DNA from: Octopus sinensis
Lineage: Eukaryota
DNA: 64,000 nucleotides
NCBI RefSeq assembly: GCF_006345805.1
Contig: NC_043004.1
Location: 76,756,001 to 76,820,000, forward strand
Reading direction: 5' to 3'
Part shown: one piece after another, positions 11,660 to 25,479 of the stretch
Position numbering within the stretch: position 1 is the first letter of the stretch
Layout of the letters: every line of letters starts with the position of its first letter
Made by a program: the position numbers and the translations under genes
Notes under the pieces: model-generated
Databases searched by the model: none
The model's input: only the letters and a program-made list of their open reading frames with translations
What the model was told of the DNA's origin: nothing

Positions 11660-13600
11660 ATGGGCAACAGGTTGGTTCAATTATTGATAGATATTGGAGC
11701 AAAGGTTAATATATTTTGGTAATAGATGAGAAGAATGAGAGTTCAAGATGATTTCCTCAGACTAATTGCCACAGCTTGAGTGTTGGCCAAATAGTGAAAT
11801 TCAATCAAATTTAGGTAGGATTACGGTATTAGAAGAATACTTTTCTTTTGAATTCAGTTTAGAAAGACAGTGCTCAAAGGAGCGACCACATGAATATGAT
11901 ATAAGTATCAAATTTGTCGGGAGTACATATGGACACATAGAGATACACAGAGCAGGAATATTATTCTTTAAAAAATTCTTCATTGATAGTACAAGTGTAT
12001 ATATCATAAATACTGCAAATATAACAAATTGCAGAAAATTAGATTTAATTATGGATTTAGGGTCTATTGTTGGAAAATCATGGATGAAAAGAAGTGAGTT
12101 GAGATAATAATGGATCTTTAATGAGACAACAGAGTAGATGGATAAGGCAAACTGTATGTTATACAGTTATGACAAATAAGGAATCTAAAGATTAAGGTGA
12201 CATACCATAGATCTGAAATCATAAAAAGAGAATTTAAAAGGTGGTTGCATGCTACACATTATCAAAAACATTTTTTTTTAATAAAAAGGATAACTATATG
12301 GGTTTCTTTGATTAGACACCATTTGCTAACATTTATGTGAGAAAAAGTAATTTTGTAATGTTATAGTTGTCTAATGATATACTAGGAAACTGATGTATGG
12401 TTCTTTTGTTAATGGTATTATTGAATGCAATGAGAAATTATAAGGAGAAGGGATGGAATGAAAAAGAATTCAAGTAGGTTTGACTGATAGAACCGGTTAT
12501 ACAAGTGTAGGAATTGATGGCAAATAATCAAGAAGATGAATACCGGGGGTATTGGGGCACAAATAAACATAGAGATAGCAAGAAAATGATCTGATTACTA
12601 ACCTAATTAATTAGAAAATTCAGCTGCTATAAAGAGTGATACAGAAAGAGGGAAATTTATAAAGGATGAAAGCTAATAGATGAAATAATGAAGCTAGTAC
12701 ACATGATAGTAAATTGTGAAAGATACATTAAGGCAGGCAAAGAGTTTGGATCTCTCCCAGGACAAAGTTATATTCTTGGGGAAACTGACAGCAACAGAAA
12801 ATACAATTAGTGGAAACTAAATGATAATATTTCAAGTTTGTTCATCTAAAAAAAAAAGAAAAACAGTTATTAAATGCTAAGATCTTGAAGCCTTCCAACA
12901 ATGAATATTGAGTATAAATAAATTTCTCAACAATGTTGTTGAGATCATCTAATTTGATAAAACAGAGGTTGAGCATACTGTAAGAATAAAAAATATGTAT
13001 ATAAAACTTAGATGAAATATTGTAAACTGGTTGTGGAATATAGTGAAGATAGATAAATGATAGAGTGTTTAGAAAAAATATTTTACCAAATTCGGTGACT
13101 GGCACCCATGCCAGTGGAGTGCTATCAGCTCCATCCAAGTGGGATCACTGCCAGAGCAGCTGTCTGGCATGTAAAGAGCACCATTTGAGCATGATCATTG
13201 TCAGCGTCGCCTCACTGGCACATGAACAAAACATTTGAGCGAGGTTGTTGCCAGTGCCACTGGACTGACTCCTGTGCAGGTGGCATGTAAAAAACACCAT
13301 TTTCGAGTGTAGCTGTTGCCAGTACTGCCAGACTGGCCCTCGTGCCAGTGGCACGTTAAAAGCACCCACTACACTCTTGGAGTGGTTGGTGTTAGGAAGG
13401 GCATCCAGCAGTAGAAATTCTGCCAGATCAGATTGGAGCCTGGCACAGCCATCTGGTTCGCCAGTCCTGAGTCAAAATCGTCCAACCCATGCTAGCATGG
13501 AGAGTGGACGTTAAACGAGGATGATGATGATGATGATGATGATGATTTTAAATGATTTGGACTCAAAGGAAAAGACTCAAGTTTAAGAAATGCGCAGAAA
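11660..13600 (+). mobile_element. Ty3/gypsy LTR-retrotransposon pol remnant, highly degenerate, interrupted by an RTE tail
   Basis: Motifs in pol order: VQLLIDIGAKVNI (aspartic-protease-like, ~11666), THDSKL and SQDKVIFLG (RT, ~12700-12790), DSKEKTQV (RNase H start-like, ~13560). Many stops; no LTRs seen. Confidence 0.5.
13092..13546 (+). mobile_element. RTE 3'-UTR/tail copy (long, CpG-retaining, relatively young)
   Basis: Several GTGGCATGTAAAA-GCACC modules, then GTGTTAGGAAGGGCATCCAGCAGTAGAAA...GGACGTTAAACGAG(GAT)n. Confidence 0.85.
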
Positions 13601-16600
13601 AGTAATTTTCCAACTGCGTCTAACATAAACCAGCATTAAACAACTAGCTGCAAAATTATGGATGTGTTGATGATAGTAATAATAGTTGGTGTGTTGAGAG
13701 TATGGGGATGATGATACAAATGATAGCAGAATTAATGTTTGTTGCACCAACATCCATAATTAGTATGCTTTAACTACAAGCTGATTTAAATTAGTAGTCA
13801 AGGCTAGGTAAACAATGGCCTAAAGGATTAATATCGTTAATGAAGATTGAAATATAGATAATTTATCTAATATGCCTGTTTTTGGAAAAGAGCTACCCAC
13901 CCATTATTTCATCAGCCATCAATAAAGCTGTGTTTAATAGACAAAGCCTAGAGATAAGAGCTATGTCTAAATATCAGTGATGACAGGGTAGCATAAGCAT
14001 CACTCTGAACAATAATTTGTTGAAATGAGATGTTTAAATTTGTAACTGAATTGGATTCTACTAATCTGCCTCCTGCAAAGTCTAATGAGAAAAGTAAAGA
14101 GCAAGTAGTACAATAAAAATGGTTTTATTAAGTCAATGAAACATCTCAGGCTTCTGGCTTAAGTGTGGCATCTACTAGCTTCTAATCATTTATTGAAGTA
14201 AAATAAAAACAACAGGCAATATGGTGCTTTCAAGATGTACAGCATTTACTATGATTTTCTCAAACAGAAAAGTGTCTCTCTTGACCATAAAAAATTTGGA
14301 TTATTTTCTGTTGTAAAAATAACAGTAACTATTTCAATTTATGGTAATAAATAGTTGTTGTGAATATTACAGCATCTGTAAGTCAAATCATCAGTCTTAA
14401 GAGTTACTATCATCATCATCATTGTTGTTGTCGTCGTCCTCATTTTCATTGTTATCATCATCATTGTTGTCATCGTCGTCATCATCATCATCATCATCAT
14501 TTAACATGCTTTCTATGCCAGCATTAGTTTGACAGTCCAACAGGAATTAGTGAGCTAGAAGACTGTGCTAAATAATTCCTATGTCTGCTCTGGCATGGTC
14601 TCTAGCATGGTTTATCCAGATGGCTAATTATGAAATATCAGATACTAATTAAGCTTTATTTTCTGACATAGAATTTTAAACAAGATTAAAGTTTAATTAC
14701 AAATTTATTTATAAATTTAAACTTGATTATTATTTGTAAAATATAAACAAAGCTTTAGTAGGATACAAGAATATATGAAGCAGGATGCATTAAATGTTCT
14801 TAGCAAAAGATCAAGAATAGGAAAATCTCTTTGTTTTTTATATTTTACATTCTGTAACGTCTGTGGAACCCAAACATATTGCCATAAGATAACTTAAGAC
14901 TTTTTTTAATCGTTAACCCAGCATGACTGCAGCTTTAAAGCAGATACACTTAAAAGAATAAAAGAATTAAAAGAATCTGATTAGCTTATTACACACTACC
15001 CATTGAGTAGGAAAGTCATGTCAACTAAATTCTTTACATCAAAAAGTAATAGAAGATACTTTAATCTCACAGTATCCTGTTTTCAAATATAAATTCAAAT
15101 ATAATTTCGCTGCATTTAATTAAAATACTAATGAAGTTATGCTTTAAGTCTTTTATAAATCATTTAATAACAAACAGAAGATATAATATTCCCGAATCTG
15201 ACAGTAACTTTTATTGTCAGTAATTCATTTAAAATATCTTCATATAAATAAATATAAAACAAGAATTTTGTAAATCAGGAAAAAAATTTTCAACGATTAA
15301 GTAAACACCAGAAAACTAGTGGTAAGAAACTATCTTAGAAACAACTGTTTTTAACATCCAAATTTATGTTATCAATAACTGAATTTATATATAGATATAT
15401 AAATGTTATGATTGCTTATATTTAAATCATATGAGAAATCAGAGAATCTAAGGTCTTTTGTTTAATTTCCTTTTACAAACCAATTTAAAAACTTGTTTCA
15501 AGTTCTCAGTTTTCTGAAAAATTAAAATATTTATAATTTACTTCTTAAATATGATATTTTAAAGTTGTTCTAAATTGGGACTGCATTATCATTTGATGAT
15601 AATGAAGAAGATAATGATGATGAGTACTATCATCAGGATCATTATCATCTTGTGTTATTTGATCATCAATTTATGGCTGATGAATGTAATTCTCTTCAGT
15701 TCACAAATGGCACCCAGTTTCTTGTTTAGAAGCTATGCCCACTTAAAGAGGGAAGTCCAAAGGCATTAAGCAAGAGCACATTCACAAGCAATATTTGTGA
15801 CACAAGTGTCAACAACTGGACAGATGTACAAATGTTCAATTGCATACAGTAACAACTAAAATCCTTTGAACATCATGGAGGGAAGCAGAAGACCACATGT
15901 GCAGGTAAAAGCAAAACATGAAGTCAAGGAAGAGATTAGAATTTCCCTGGCACACAATGTTTTTCCTGCAGGTATTTGCACTTTATGAGTCAAAGCTCTA
16001 TGTTTTGGCAACTGTTTGCAGGGTTCCTTCACTTTACATCTGATTACAATATTTATGCAAAAATGCTGTACAAGAGCTCATTCCATCACCACTGGAAACC
16101 ACTACAGTAAAACATCACTGGAAAGCACATTTAAAAAGGGAGAGATAATGAGAGTGTTCACCATGAGCAGTTTTAGATAAAGTACAGGCATTCGCAAACA
16201 GCTCAAACCCTCCCGCTTCTACCTCAGAGGCTCCACATCAACTGCCACTCTGCTGCAAGTTTAACTACACAGTGTATACAAATATTACAAATATTTACAA
16301 CTTGAAACATACTCAAAATGTTCTTAAAGAATTTTCAAAGAGAAACTACACACAAGCTTCATGATATATCATAACTGATGATCTATAATAACCACACCAC
16401 CTACAGTTACTCTATTGTTTTCCAATTCACTGATGTGTATGGACAGCTAAAAAAAAAAAAAAAACTGCAGTTTGGGGTCCCTGTTTGTTTCACATAAAAT
16501 AATAGGCACTTGTGTTGAAAAAAGTGATGTCAGCACAGAAAGATTTGTTTAATATGTTTTTCTATGCAAGCATACATTGGACAGGGGCTTATTGGGGCTA

Positions 16601-16971
16601 GATTTTTACAGTTGGATGCTCTTTCTGTTGCCAAGCCTTAAGTGATTTTCAAGTAAGGGAATATTTTTGTTCCAATGTTCTTTTAAAGTGCTGTGTAACA
16701 GGTCACAATGTCAACATGTTACCATTTCACTCAGTAACAAGGGAAGATATGAAATGTCAATATTCACACAGATATGTGCACATAAATATTGCACAAACAC
16801 ATACATTGCATACACTGCATGGCTACTATAAGATTTTCAATCACCATACTGCAAAAGTTTCTCATTCAACCACCTCATCTAACAGCATAAACCATCACTT
16901 TCTCCAACTTAACTAAAGTGAATACAAATACTAATTATAGTAGCACTAACATAAATAATAGTAATAATCAT

Positions 16972-17349
16972 GGCACTCTGTCAGTTACGATGATGAGGGT
17001 TCCAGTTGATCCGATCAGCAGAACAGCCTGCTCGTGAAGTTAATGTGCAGATAGCTGAGTGCTCCACAGACACATGTACCCTTAACTAGTTCTCAGGGAG
17101 ATTCAGCATGACACAGGGCATGATAAGGCTGGCCCTTTGGAATACAGGTACAACCGAAACAGGAAGAAAGAGTGAGAGAAAGTTGTGGTGAAAGAGCACA
17201 GCAGGGTTTGCCACTACCCCCTACTGGAACCTCATGGAGCTTTAGGTGTTTTCACTCAATAAACACTCACAACGCCTGGTCTGGGAATCGGAACCGCAAT
17301 CCTATGACTGCAAGTCCACTGCCCTAACCACTGGACCATTGCACCTCCA
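16972..17349 (-). mobile_element. Full-length tRNA-derived SINE, family C (cephalopod Ceph-type)
   Basis: Minus strand begins GGAGGTGCAATGGTCCAGTGGTTAGG (A box)...GGTTCCGATTCCC (B box) and ends GATCGGATCAACTGGAACCCTCATCATCGTAACTGACAGAGTGCCA plus a (TAT)-like tail. The Ceph assignment is from recall. Confidence 0.75.
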
Positions 17350-17529
17350 AACAGTAATAATAGGTTGTAATAGTAATAGTACTAACAGCAATATCAAAGC
17401 TAACATGACTTATAATGAAAGTAGTGGCAATAGTAACATAATTAACAAGAGAAATAGCAACATGGGTAACTGCACTAACTCCAGCCATACCAGCTTACTT
17501 TAAATGCTGTCAATACAATATTGTATAAA

Positions 17530-17830
17530 TTCAGTAAGAAGAAATATAACTATGCTCTCCAGACACATATAGTAACTTAGATAAAATAATGTACAATACA
17601 ATACCTTCAAGGGAAGATCCTGGCAAGAGTAGCAATATATGCCAGGAATAGGAGACCTTGTAACTTGCACATGGAAGAGGCACTCCTGATTTCCCTGGCT
17701 AAAACATCACTCTTCAACCAGAAATCTGAAAAGGTGACTACATGCAGACACAGGAAATGTAAAACCTATTACAACTATCCAGGGCCCCAGAGGTCAAAAT
17801 ATCTTTATAGCACATGGGTAATTTGATGCA
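17530..17830 (+). mobile_element. Penelope-like element GIY-YIG endonuclease C-terminal remnant
   Basis: Single frame FSKKKYNYALQTHIVT*IK*CTIQYLQGKILARVAIYARNRRPCNLHMEEALLISLAKTSLFNQKSEKVTTCRHRK, matching the PLE pattern WKIL..A.PY....C.LCLEEK..I....LLNKRSE..SKCRH. Confidence 0.75.
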
Positions 17831-18769
17831 ATTCCCTCCACCTGTCTCATTGAAGCAATGGCTAGATCACATACTAGAACACTAATAACTATTCTTCTTT
17901 TTCCTTTTTGCTTCTTCTTTATACCTTCTTTCTATCGCTCACTTATACTCCTTTCCTCCTCCTCCTCCACTTCCTTCTGTATTCTTCCTCTTGTTCTTAA
18001 CCTTTCTTGCAGTCCTAAAAGGATTATTTAACATTTATACAAATGAACTTCTGAAAAGGACAATCTACAACTGTATGTATACGCACAAATAATATATAAC
18101 TTTCATTTCTTTGTTTCAATCACTACTTTCTTCTCTTTTATATTTCCTCTCATTACACATATATCCTTTTGACCTTACTTCATCATATGAACTTAGGCAG
18201 ACTTTTGCACATCTATATAAAGGGACTTATGGACAGGTTCCAAATACACTATTCCATACAGACAGTCACAGTCTTTAAACTAGCAAAAACTATATAACAT
18301 AAAATAATGGTTTATTTGATCTTATTTACCAACACAAGCAAATTCTTAATATGGTGTCAAACCTGCCTTTAAATACATCTTTTAATAATTTCCCCAATAA
18401 CCTAGTTCTTCAACCGTCTCAGTTCTTCATTCATAATCTTCTATATTTTCTTCTCCGTAACCACAATCTCATATTCCACTGTTTATATTTTCACCTTTTT
18501 TCCCTAAAAGTCCTCATATGACCTACACCTTACATCTTCAAAGTACTCTTCTGATCATGCTAGTACCTATGACAATATTACTACTTCTAATAAGTCAACC
18601 ACAAGCCCTAATCAAAATTTACAATACTATAATAAATAGCGATGGGATCTACTCAATTTTTTTGAGCTATTAATTGTATCACTGAAAGGTGGTAACTCAG
18701 TATTGTTCCACTAATAATGATGTGATTAAAATCATAATATCAGAATAGCTCTAGTATGGAAATGAATCT

Positions 18770-19115
18770 CATCATCATCATCGTCGTCATCATCATTTAA
18801 CATTCATTTTTCCATGTTGGCATGAGATGGGTGATTTGACAGGAGCTAGTAAGCCGGAGAGTTGACCAAGTTCCAGTTGTCTGTATTGGTATGGTTTCTA
18901 TGGCTTGATGTTCTTCCAAATGTCAACTACTTTACAGAGTGTACTGGTCGCTTTTTATGTAGCACCAGTGCTTTCTTTAAATGTGGCACCAGCATGGATG
19001 TTTTATATGAAGCATCAACACAGGTGTTCAATACATGACACCAGCATGGATGCTGTACACAACACATCAGTATGGGTGCTCTTTACATGGCACTAGCACA
19101 GGTGCTTTTTATGTG
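18770..19115 (-). mobile_element. RTE 3'-UTR/tail copy with an expanded GCACCAG module array
   Basis: (CAT)n-TTTAACATTCATTTTTCCATG start; repeated TTTTATGTRGCACCAG units at 18950-19115. Confidence 0.75.
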
Positions 19116-20099
19116 GGCATTATGTTCTCTTGAAAGTTTATAAATTCTTATGATGTTAACGACAGAATATTGTTTATAGTAACAACATTATTTTTTATTG
19201 TTACAGTTTTAGTATAAGGACTGTGATATGATGAACGAAAATATATAACAAATGACTATTATGATTATTACCGGTATAGTATTACTATAATGCTCTTTAT
19301 TGGTTTGTTGATGTTTTTTGCTACTATTAGTATCATGATTAAATAGTATCTTTAATGTAATTAATCAGTTTGTAATTCTTTCAATTATCCTTATCATTTA
19401 GTACCAATGACCCTCTGTGTCAAAAATACAGAAACCTAGGTCAACCTGATTTCCCACACCTATCCCAAAATAACACAGATAAGCTGATCCTACAATGGCC
19501 CACTTTGTTTACAAGTGCTTCTCCATTCATCCGGTTTAGATAGATATCAAACAAATTCCATTAAGAAATCCAATTAACCTCAAATTAGTTCTCCTACCTG
19601 AATAAGCTTCTGCATAAATTTATACTCATACATATAAATATATAGCATACTGTTTCATTGTTGGTAGGATCAACAAGAATAGTATTTCATCCAGTGGAAG
19701 ATAGGTGTCATTTAGTAAACACCAAATTTATATGTAAGCTACTATTAGTTTCATGCTCAGGGATTACAGTAATTGAACAAGCTTAAGCCTGAATGATGGC
19801 AGGATAGTCAGTACATGGCACACTACACAAGACCATTCAGCAACTATACTGTCCAAGCATGAAACCTATAGTAGCTCACATACAAATGCTATGTTTATTA
19901 AATATACTTATTTTATTAGGCGAGTAGATATAATTCATTCTGATTTTTATGTTTCGGCTGTCCTAGTAGCTGCAAGTAGGTACAGATAAATTTATTTTGC
20001 CCTAAATTTGGGGCTTGTCAATGTACTGCAACTTGGGATAAAACTACATGGTCATTTAAAACATTTATAAACTATATAAACAATCAACTTATACATATA

Positions 20100-20354
20100 T
20101 CATCATCATCATCATCATAATTTTAACATCTAGTTTTCTGTGCTTGTATGGGTTGGATGGAAATTTTGTTGAGGCAGATATTCTCTGCCTAGACACCCTT
20201 CCTGTTGCCAATTCTCACCTGTTTGTAAGGTAATGTCTCCCCATAACCAGACAGGTTTTCAAAAGACTGGGAACAAAGGACACAGTTTGCATGACAGCGA
20301 CCTTACAATTATTACACAATGTCAAAGTAAGGAGACAGTAACCCCCTTCTCTAT

Positions 20355-20387
<33 letters not shown>

Positions 20388-20390
20388 GTG
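20100..20390 (-). mobile_element. SINE 3' half with RTE-derived tail
   Basis: (CAT)n, CCCTTCCTGTTGCCAATTCTCACCTGTTT...CAATTATTACACAATGTCAAAGTAAGGAGACA, (CA)n; same as 43860-44095, 59330-59560 and 60265-60530. Confidence 0.7.
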
Positions 20391-20449
20391 TGTGTGTGTA
20401 TATCAGAACTAACTGAAAGAGTTATAGCACAATTGATTAAGAACAGAAT

Positions 20450-20870
20450 TAACTTAAGTGATATGCAATTCGGTTTTGTACTAGGAAGAGGAATAACTGA
20501 CGCCATCTTCTTAGACAACTAACTGCACATTAGGAGTATATTCCAAAATCCAATCTTAGGGAAAGCCTTTGACAGGGTTCCACACAGTAACTTGGTGGTC
20601 ACTAATGAAACTAGAATAGATAAATGGCTTGTGAGGGTGACACAAGCCATGTACAGAGGTACCATGAGCAGTATGAGTCAGTAATGAGTTCAGCAACAAA
20701 TTTATCATGCAGGTAGAGATCCATCAGAGTTCAGTCCTCAGTCACTTACTGCTTATTATTTGTCCCCAAGGCCATAGAAGCGGAGATTCAGATCAGCTGC
20801 TTATGAGAGCCCCTATGTACTGAGAATCTAGTTTTTTACAGCAGAAGATTCAGAAATTCCACACTTGAAA
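20450..20870 (+). mobile_element. RTE LINE reverse-transcriptase fragment
   Basis: MQFGFVLGRGITDAIF, KAFDRVPH, DKWLVRVTQAMYRG and IHQSSVLSHLL motifs, homologous to 2310-3200. Confidence 0.8.
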
Positions 20871-23062
20871 GCAAAATCAAAATTATAGAAATAATTACTA
20901 GATTATTTTGATAACTATAACACGACTATACTGAATATATCTTTATGTTGTATTTGCCCACAATGTAACAAATATCTGATTACTTTCAAAAAGTTGTTAT
21001 ATTTATTGTTTTATTATTCCATGTTGGGTGATATTTTCTTTTCATATTAAACAATCCACAAGTTTAATGCCATAAATTCAAATTACACTAGACATTCACC
21101 AGTTCTTCCAAATCATTTTAGCAAAAGGAGGAATAAAGTCACACATGAGTAAGAAGGGTAAATGAAAATAAATAGAAGTGAAGGATTGACTGATGAAGTA
21201 AAAGTAGTGGTGGAATAGAAAAAAAAATATGAATAGGAATGATAAAAGTGGACTGCTGGGGTGAGGAAGCAGAGAAGGGCCTACAGAAAAATTATATAAA
21301 ATTTTAAAATTTATCAGGTAAGATAAATAAAATTTATCAGGTAAGATAAATAAATAAATAAAAACAGGCATGAAAGAGTGAGAAAGAGAGAGAGAGCGAG
21401 AGAGAGAGAGAGGGGGGGGGAGAGATTTTAAAGGACATAATGCCATAACAAAATTGCTCAGTGAACAAATATAATCAACTGTTGATATATGTCCAAAGCT
21501 CAGATATAAAATAAAATCTACTATTGCAGTGCTTTCTTCTAGCAGTAGTTGCTCATGTATGCAATCAAGACTTGAACCCAAAACTCTCTTATTTCTGTTT
21601 TATTTTATCTAATGTGGCACATTTTATATTTGGTTGACTGGCAGAATATATGATGGTTTCTTATACAGTTACAGATCATTAATTAATAGAGCAAAAGGAA
21701 TATTCATTTAGAAGCGACCTCAATATGGACACATGACTTGCTACAAATAGCAGTCAAGTTTCCATCAAATCATACTCTCTAGCATTTTAAAAAGGGATGA
21801 CACATTCTATAACCCTAAATAACATTATCTCGATAAAAAAACAAGATTATTCTGATTTTCTTTGGTCATAGTTCTACTCAATCAGAACTGGCCTGGGGCC
21901 ACACAAAACAAATACAAGACAATATCTAATTAGATGATGCTTCTAATTAATTGTACTCCATATAGATCAACACACTGAAGACATAGAAAATAAACCATAT
22001 TTCATCACAGATAAAACAGCATAAACTTGACATAAACAATAAAAAACATATAAGTAAAATTTAAGCAGAAGATTATTGAAAAATGAGTAGCATCGACAGT
22101 AGAGTGTGGTTAAATGTTTTGCAGAGTTTAATAATGTCCTCCTTATGTTCTAAAATAAAAATTCCAACAAGGTTGACTCAGTCAGTTATCTCTATGGATG
22201 ACTATAAAATAACTACAAGTAAAGTGGTTGACAAAATCTCTTCCCTGAATATTTAGGGCCATGAACCCAATTTAGAGATCCGTATTTTTACCAACAGAAT
22301 ATTTTTCTCAGGATAATGTTTTAATACAATGTGTGGCCACCCAAAATATTATTGAAATTGTCTTTGAGTTTAGTTAATACTATTTTTAATCATGTAGATT
22401 TTAATTATACTACATTAATGCATTTGTTGGCCACACAAACACTAAAATGCTTTTCTGACTATTTTAATATGTATCGGTTTAGCTATTTCAATTCTACATA
22501 CCACAACTAATGAAGTTTTAAGGAATTTACTGTCTTTACTGTGTTGCAGATGTTTTAGCCTCAAATCAAAATAAGTAAAAATGTCTTAAGAAATAATAAG
22601 TCTTGTTCAGAAAAAAATATATTTTACAGTTTTAATCATTAATTGCTTGCTTTTTAAAATATTTAAACAAAATATGTCTTAATAATAAAACCTTATTTAA
22701 CATCTCAGTGTTGTTGATATCTTTGTTCCTAATCTCTACTCCATATAGAAAAAATTGCAATGTTTATTATACACCAGTTGCAAGAACCAATTTTAAATGA
22801 TTTTTTTAAGAAATAAAATTTACAATATAAATTTTAAAACTCTCAAACAACATTTTTCTTTAAAAGAATTTTTCTTTCTTTTAGATATTTCAAAACATGA
22901 AACATGAAAATATACAAACATACAAACATGAAAATATAAAATTAATCAAAGCTAAATCATTTTCATAACACAAAGATATATGGGGCCAGTTCTTATTTCA
23001 AGTTTTTATCACAGTAAGTAGATGTGAGATAAATCATCTTCATATATCACAGCTAGCTTTAC

Positions 23063-23126
23063 CTGCCAGATAAATTGATTTCAGTATTGCAAGCCAAAGA
23101 ATTACACAATGCTGCTACTTGCAGTG
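23063..23126 (-). CDS. Candidate internal exon (A)LQVAALCNSLACNTEINLSG(R), product unknown
   Basis: ATAATTCAG acceptor, CAG|GTAAAG donor, open in only one frame (phase 1 to 2). No homology recognised; may be chance. Confidence 0.2.
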
Positions 23127-23795
23127 CTGAATTATATAATTTATGGTACTAAATTAGAACTAAGCAGAATCAATTATCGAAAGTTTAGTGTCTTGACTTT
23201 GGATAAGATGTGACACTATTGACAGGATACACACAGCTTCCCAGCTGGTTTTCAAGAGAATACTGATAACTAATGAAGCAAGGAATAGGAAGTATTTATT
23301 CTCAACATTAACTACTTTAAGCCATCATTTCAGGTAACGTTTTCAGTTTTAGAGCTGGAGCTTCTTGTAACAGCTGTAGTACCAAGGCAATTATAGAAAA
23401 AACTTTCCATTGATATTCAAGGACAAGTTGTAGGATTAGGTTTGAAGTTATAAATCACCAAACTGCTACAGTTAGACATCCAACGAATTTGATACCTACA
23501 AACTCAAACTGCCCTTCCCTTCTGTAACCAGTCTAATTCTTGATCACTGAAAAACGAAGAACTAAAGAACAAATCTCCAAGTATTTTCTAGTAAACAATT
23601 GTTCCAGGGCTCTTAGTTATAAAATTAATTATACGACTTTGACTTTTACAATACGTGCAATTAAGAGAAATATTTATTTGAAATAACAAAATGAAAAATG
23701 AGGCAGTTAATACAAATGAATTAATTAAATAAACACAATAATCTTTTTTTATGTTTTAGAACTGGTACTTCTACATTGTAAAAATATGGCACTGT

Positions 23796-24135
23796 CATCA
23801 TCATCATTGTCATCATCATCATTGTCGTCATATGTCCTCTGGCATGAGTTGGATAGAGAATCACAGCTTGAGTAATTTCTTATTGGGAGACACTACACCA
23901 AAAAGACTGATTCTCATGGCAATGGGACTGATTGCTGCAGCTGGATGCCCTTGCTGTTGCCAACCACTTTAAAGAGTGTACTAGGTGCACTTTCTCATGG
24001 CACCAACACTAGAATGACCAAACAGACCTTGATGAAACAGGATTATAGGCAGTTTGCTACACTTTATCTGCACATTTGCTGGTTACTTTACAGTGTATAC
24101 TGGGTGCATTTTTTGTGACACCAGCACTAGAGAGG
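23796..24135 (-). mobile_element. RTE 3'-UTR/tail copy
   Basis: (CAT)n, GCAGCTGGATGCCCTTGCTGTTGCCAACCACTTTAAAGAGTGTACTAGGTGC, duplicated GGGTGCATTTT..CACCAGCACTAGA module. Confidence 0.65.
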
Positions 24136-24573
24136 CAGCCTTGACCACCAATCATCTGTGGGAGGAACATGGCAGGTTCTTTTGTAGCATACTAGGTGGT
24201 GCACCTTGTACACAGAAAAAAAATTAAGGGTATCCAGTAACCTAAGTTGTGTATAGCAAGGACAGAATAATGAGAGGGAACAATGACAGCAGAAATGTCA
24301 GAGATGGATATAGTGAATGAGGCGAGGGAGGGAATAGGTGTGTAAGTGTAGAAAGTACTCAATCTGGCATAAACACTGAAAGATACGGTCTATGTTATGC
24401 TTTTGTTAGCCAATTCTAATTATACTGATTCCAAAAGAAAGAATATAGTATGTCTTAATTTACACAGATAATTATGTTCATCAATGAAGCTTATGGATGT
24501 TACTGGTGAATGTATGTATTATCACTGACTCAGTTCAAAATTATATTTAAACCAATACCTCCTTTGTTTTCAG

Positions 24574-24645
24574 AAAGATATTTTGAGACATTGTTCAAAT
24601 TTGCTTAAAGACAATTTTAAAACAGCTTTCATAATTCAATTTAAG
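24574..24645 (+). CDS. Candidate 72-nt internal exon KDILRHCSNLLKDNFKTAFIIQFK, product unknown
   Basis: Strong acceptor CCTTTGTTTTCAG, donor AAG|GTATAT, only frame 0 open, phase 0 to 0. No homology recognised. Confidence 0.25.
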
Positions 24646-25479
24646 GTATATGGATGTGTAACTGTTATTAGCTTTAATTTCTAAAAGACAAAATGTATAT
24701 GTATACATATACACTCCAGTATTTGGGTAGAAATATCTTTATTATTTTTATTACATCACTCCAAAAAAATGAAAATTATTCTTTGAAAATGTACTATTAT
24801 ACATAAAGTTTCAGAGCTGGATTGATTTAATGGGTTGATACTAGTGTTTCCCAAGCTTCTTCAAGCAAGAAACTATAGCTAAGCAACTTGGAGGAATCAT
24901 TTTAGTGTACTTATCCTTTAAGAGCAGGTGAGGATGTAACCCCCAGCAGTTGTAGCATTCCTGTGAGAAGCAGTGACCTCATTGTTAGCTTTGAAAGTCA
25001 TAGTGATGGAACAGTACAGCACAAAGCCTATAGTTTTTTTAATACAATTTTGCCTCAAACAACGCTTGAAGCCATTGCAGCATAAGTTATAAAGAAAGGA
25101 AAGAAGAGGCCAACAAATTCAAAAGATGTCATTTCACAGAAAATTTATTCGACTGAATATGGTAGACAGGAGAAAAACAAGACAGTGATAGTGAATTCCA
25201 GACATTACTAGCAATTTAAAGAAAGAAGCTATTAGAATAAAAGGGCTTATGATTATGACTAACAGGAACTTCAAGACAGAAAAGATGATATGCAGTGTGG
25301 CTGTCATTATGCCCAATGCAAGTTGACAGAAGGAGAAGAGAATACTGTGCAGTTCTTGACCATGATGCATAACTGTCAGTCCATCAAACTGTAAATGTAT
25401 TCAATAGATTCTGATTCAAGGAGAAGATGCATTGAAAAATTAACAAGTTTCAATTCAAGTATGCTTTACGACCTTGTAA

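Noticed and set aside
15700-16300. Possible RTE C-terminal zinc-finger remnant (FTSNICDTSV)
   Set aside because: The key Cys/His residues are missing; too degenerate to call.
21306-21351. 23-bp tandem duplication containing CAG|GTAAGA donor-like sites
   Set aside because: No plausible upstream exon; ordinary local slippage. Similar small duplications occur at ~33972-34030, ~51558-51585 and ~56256-56420.
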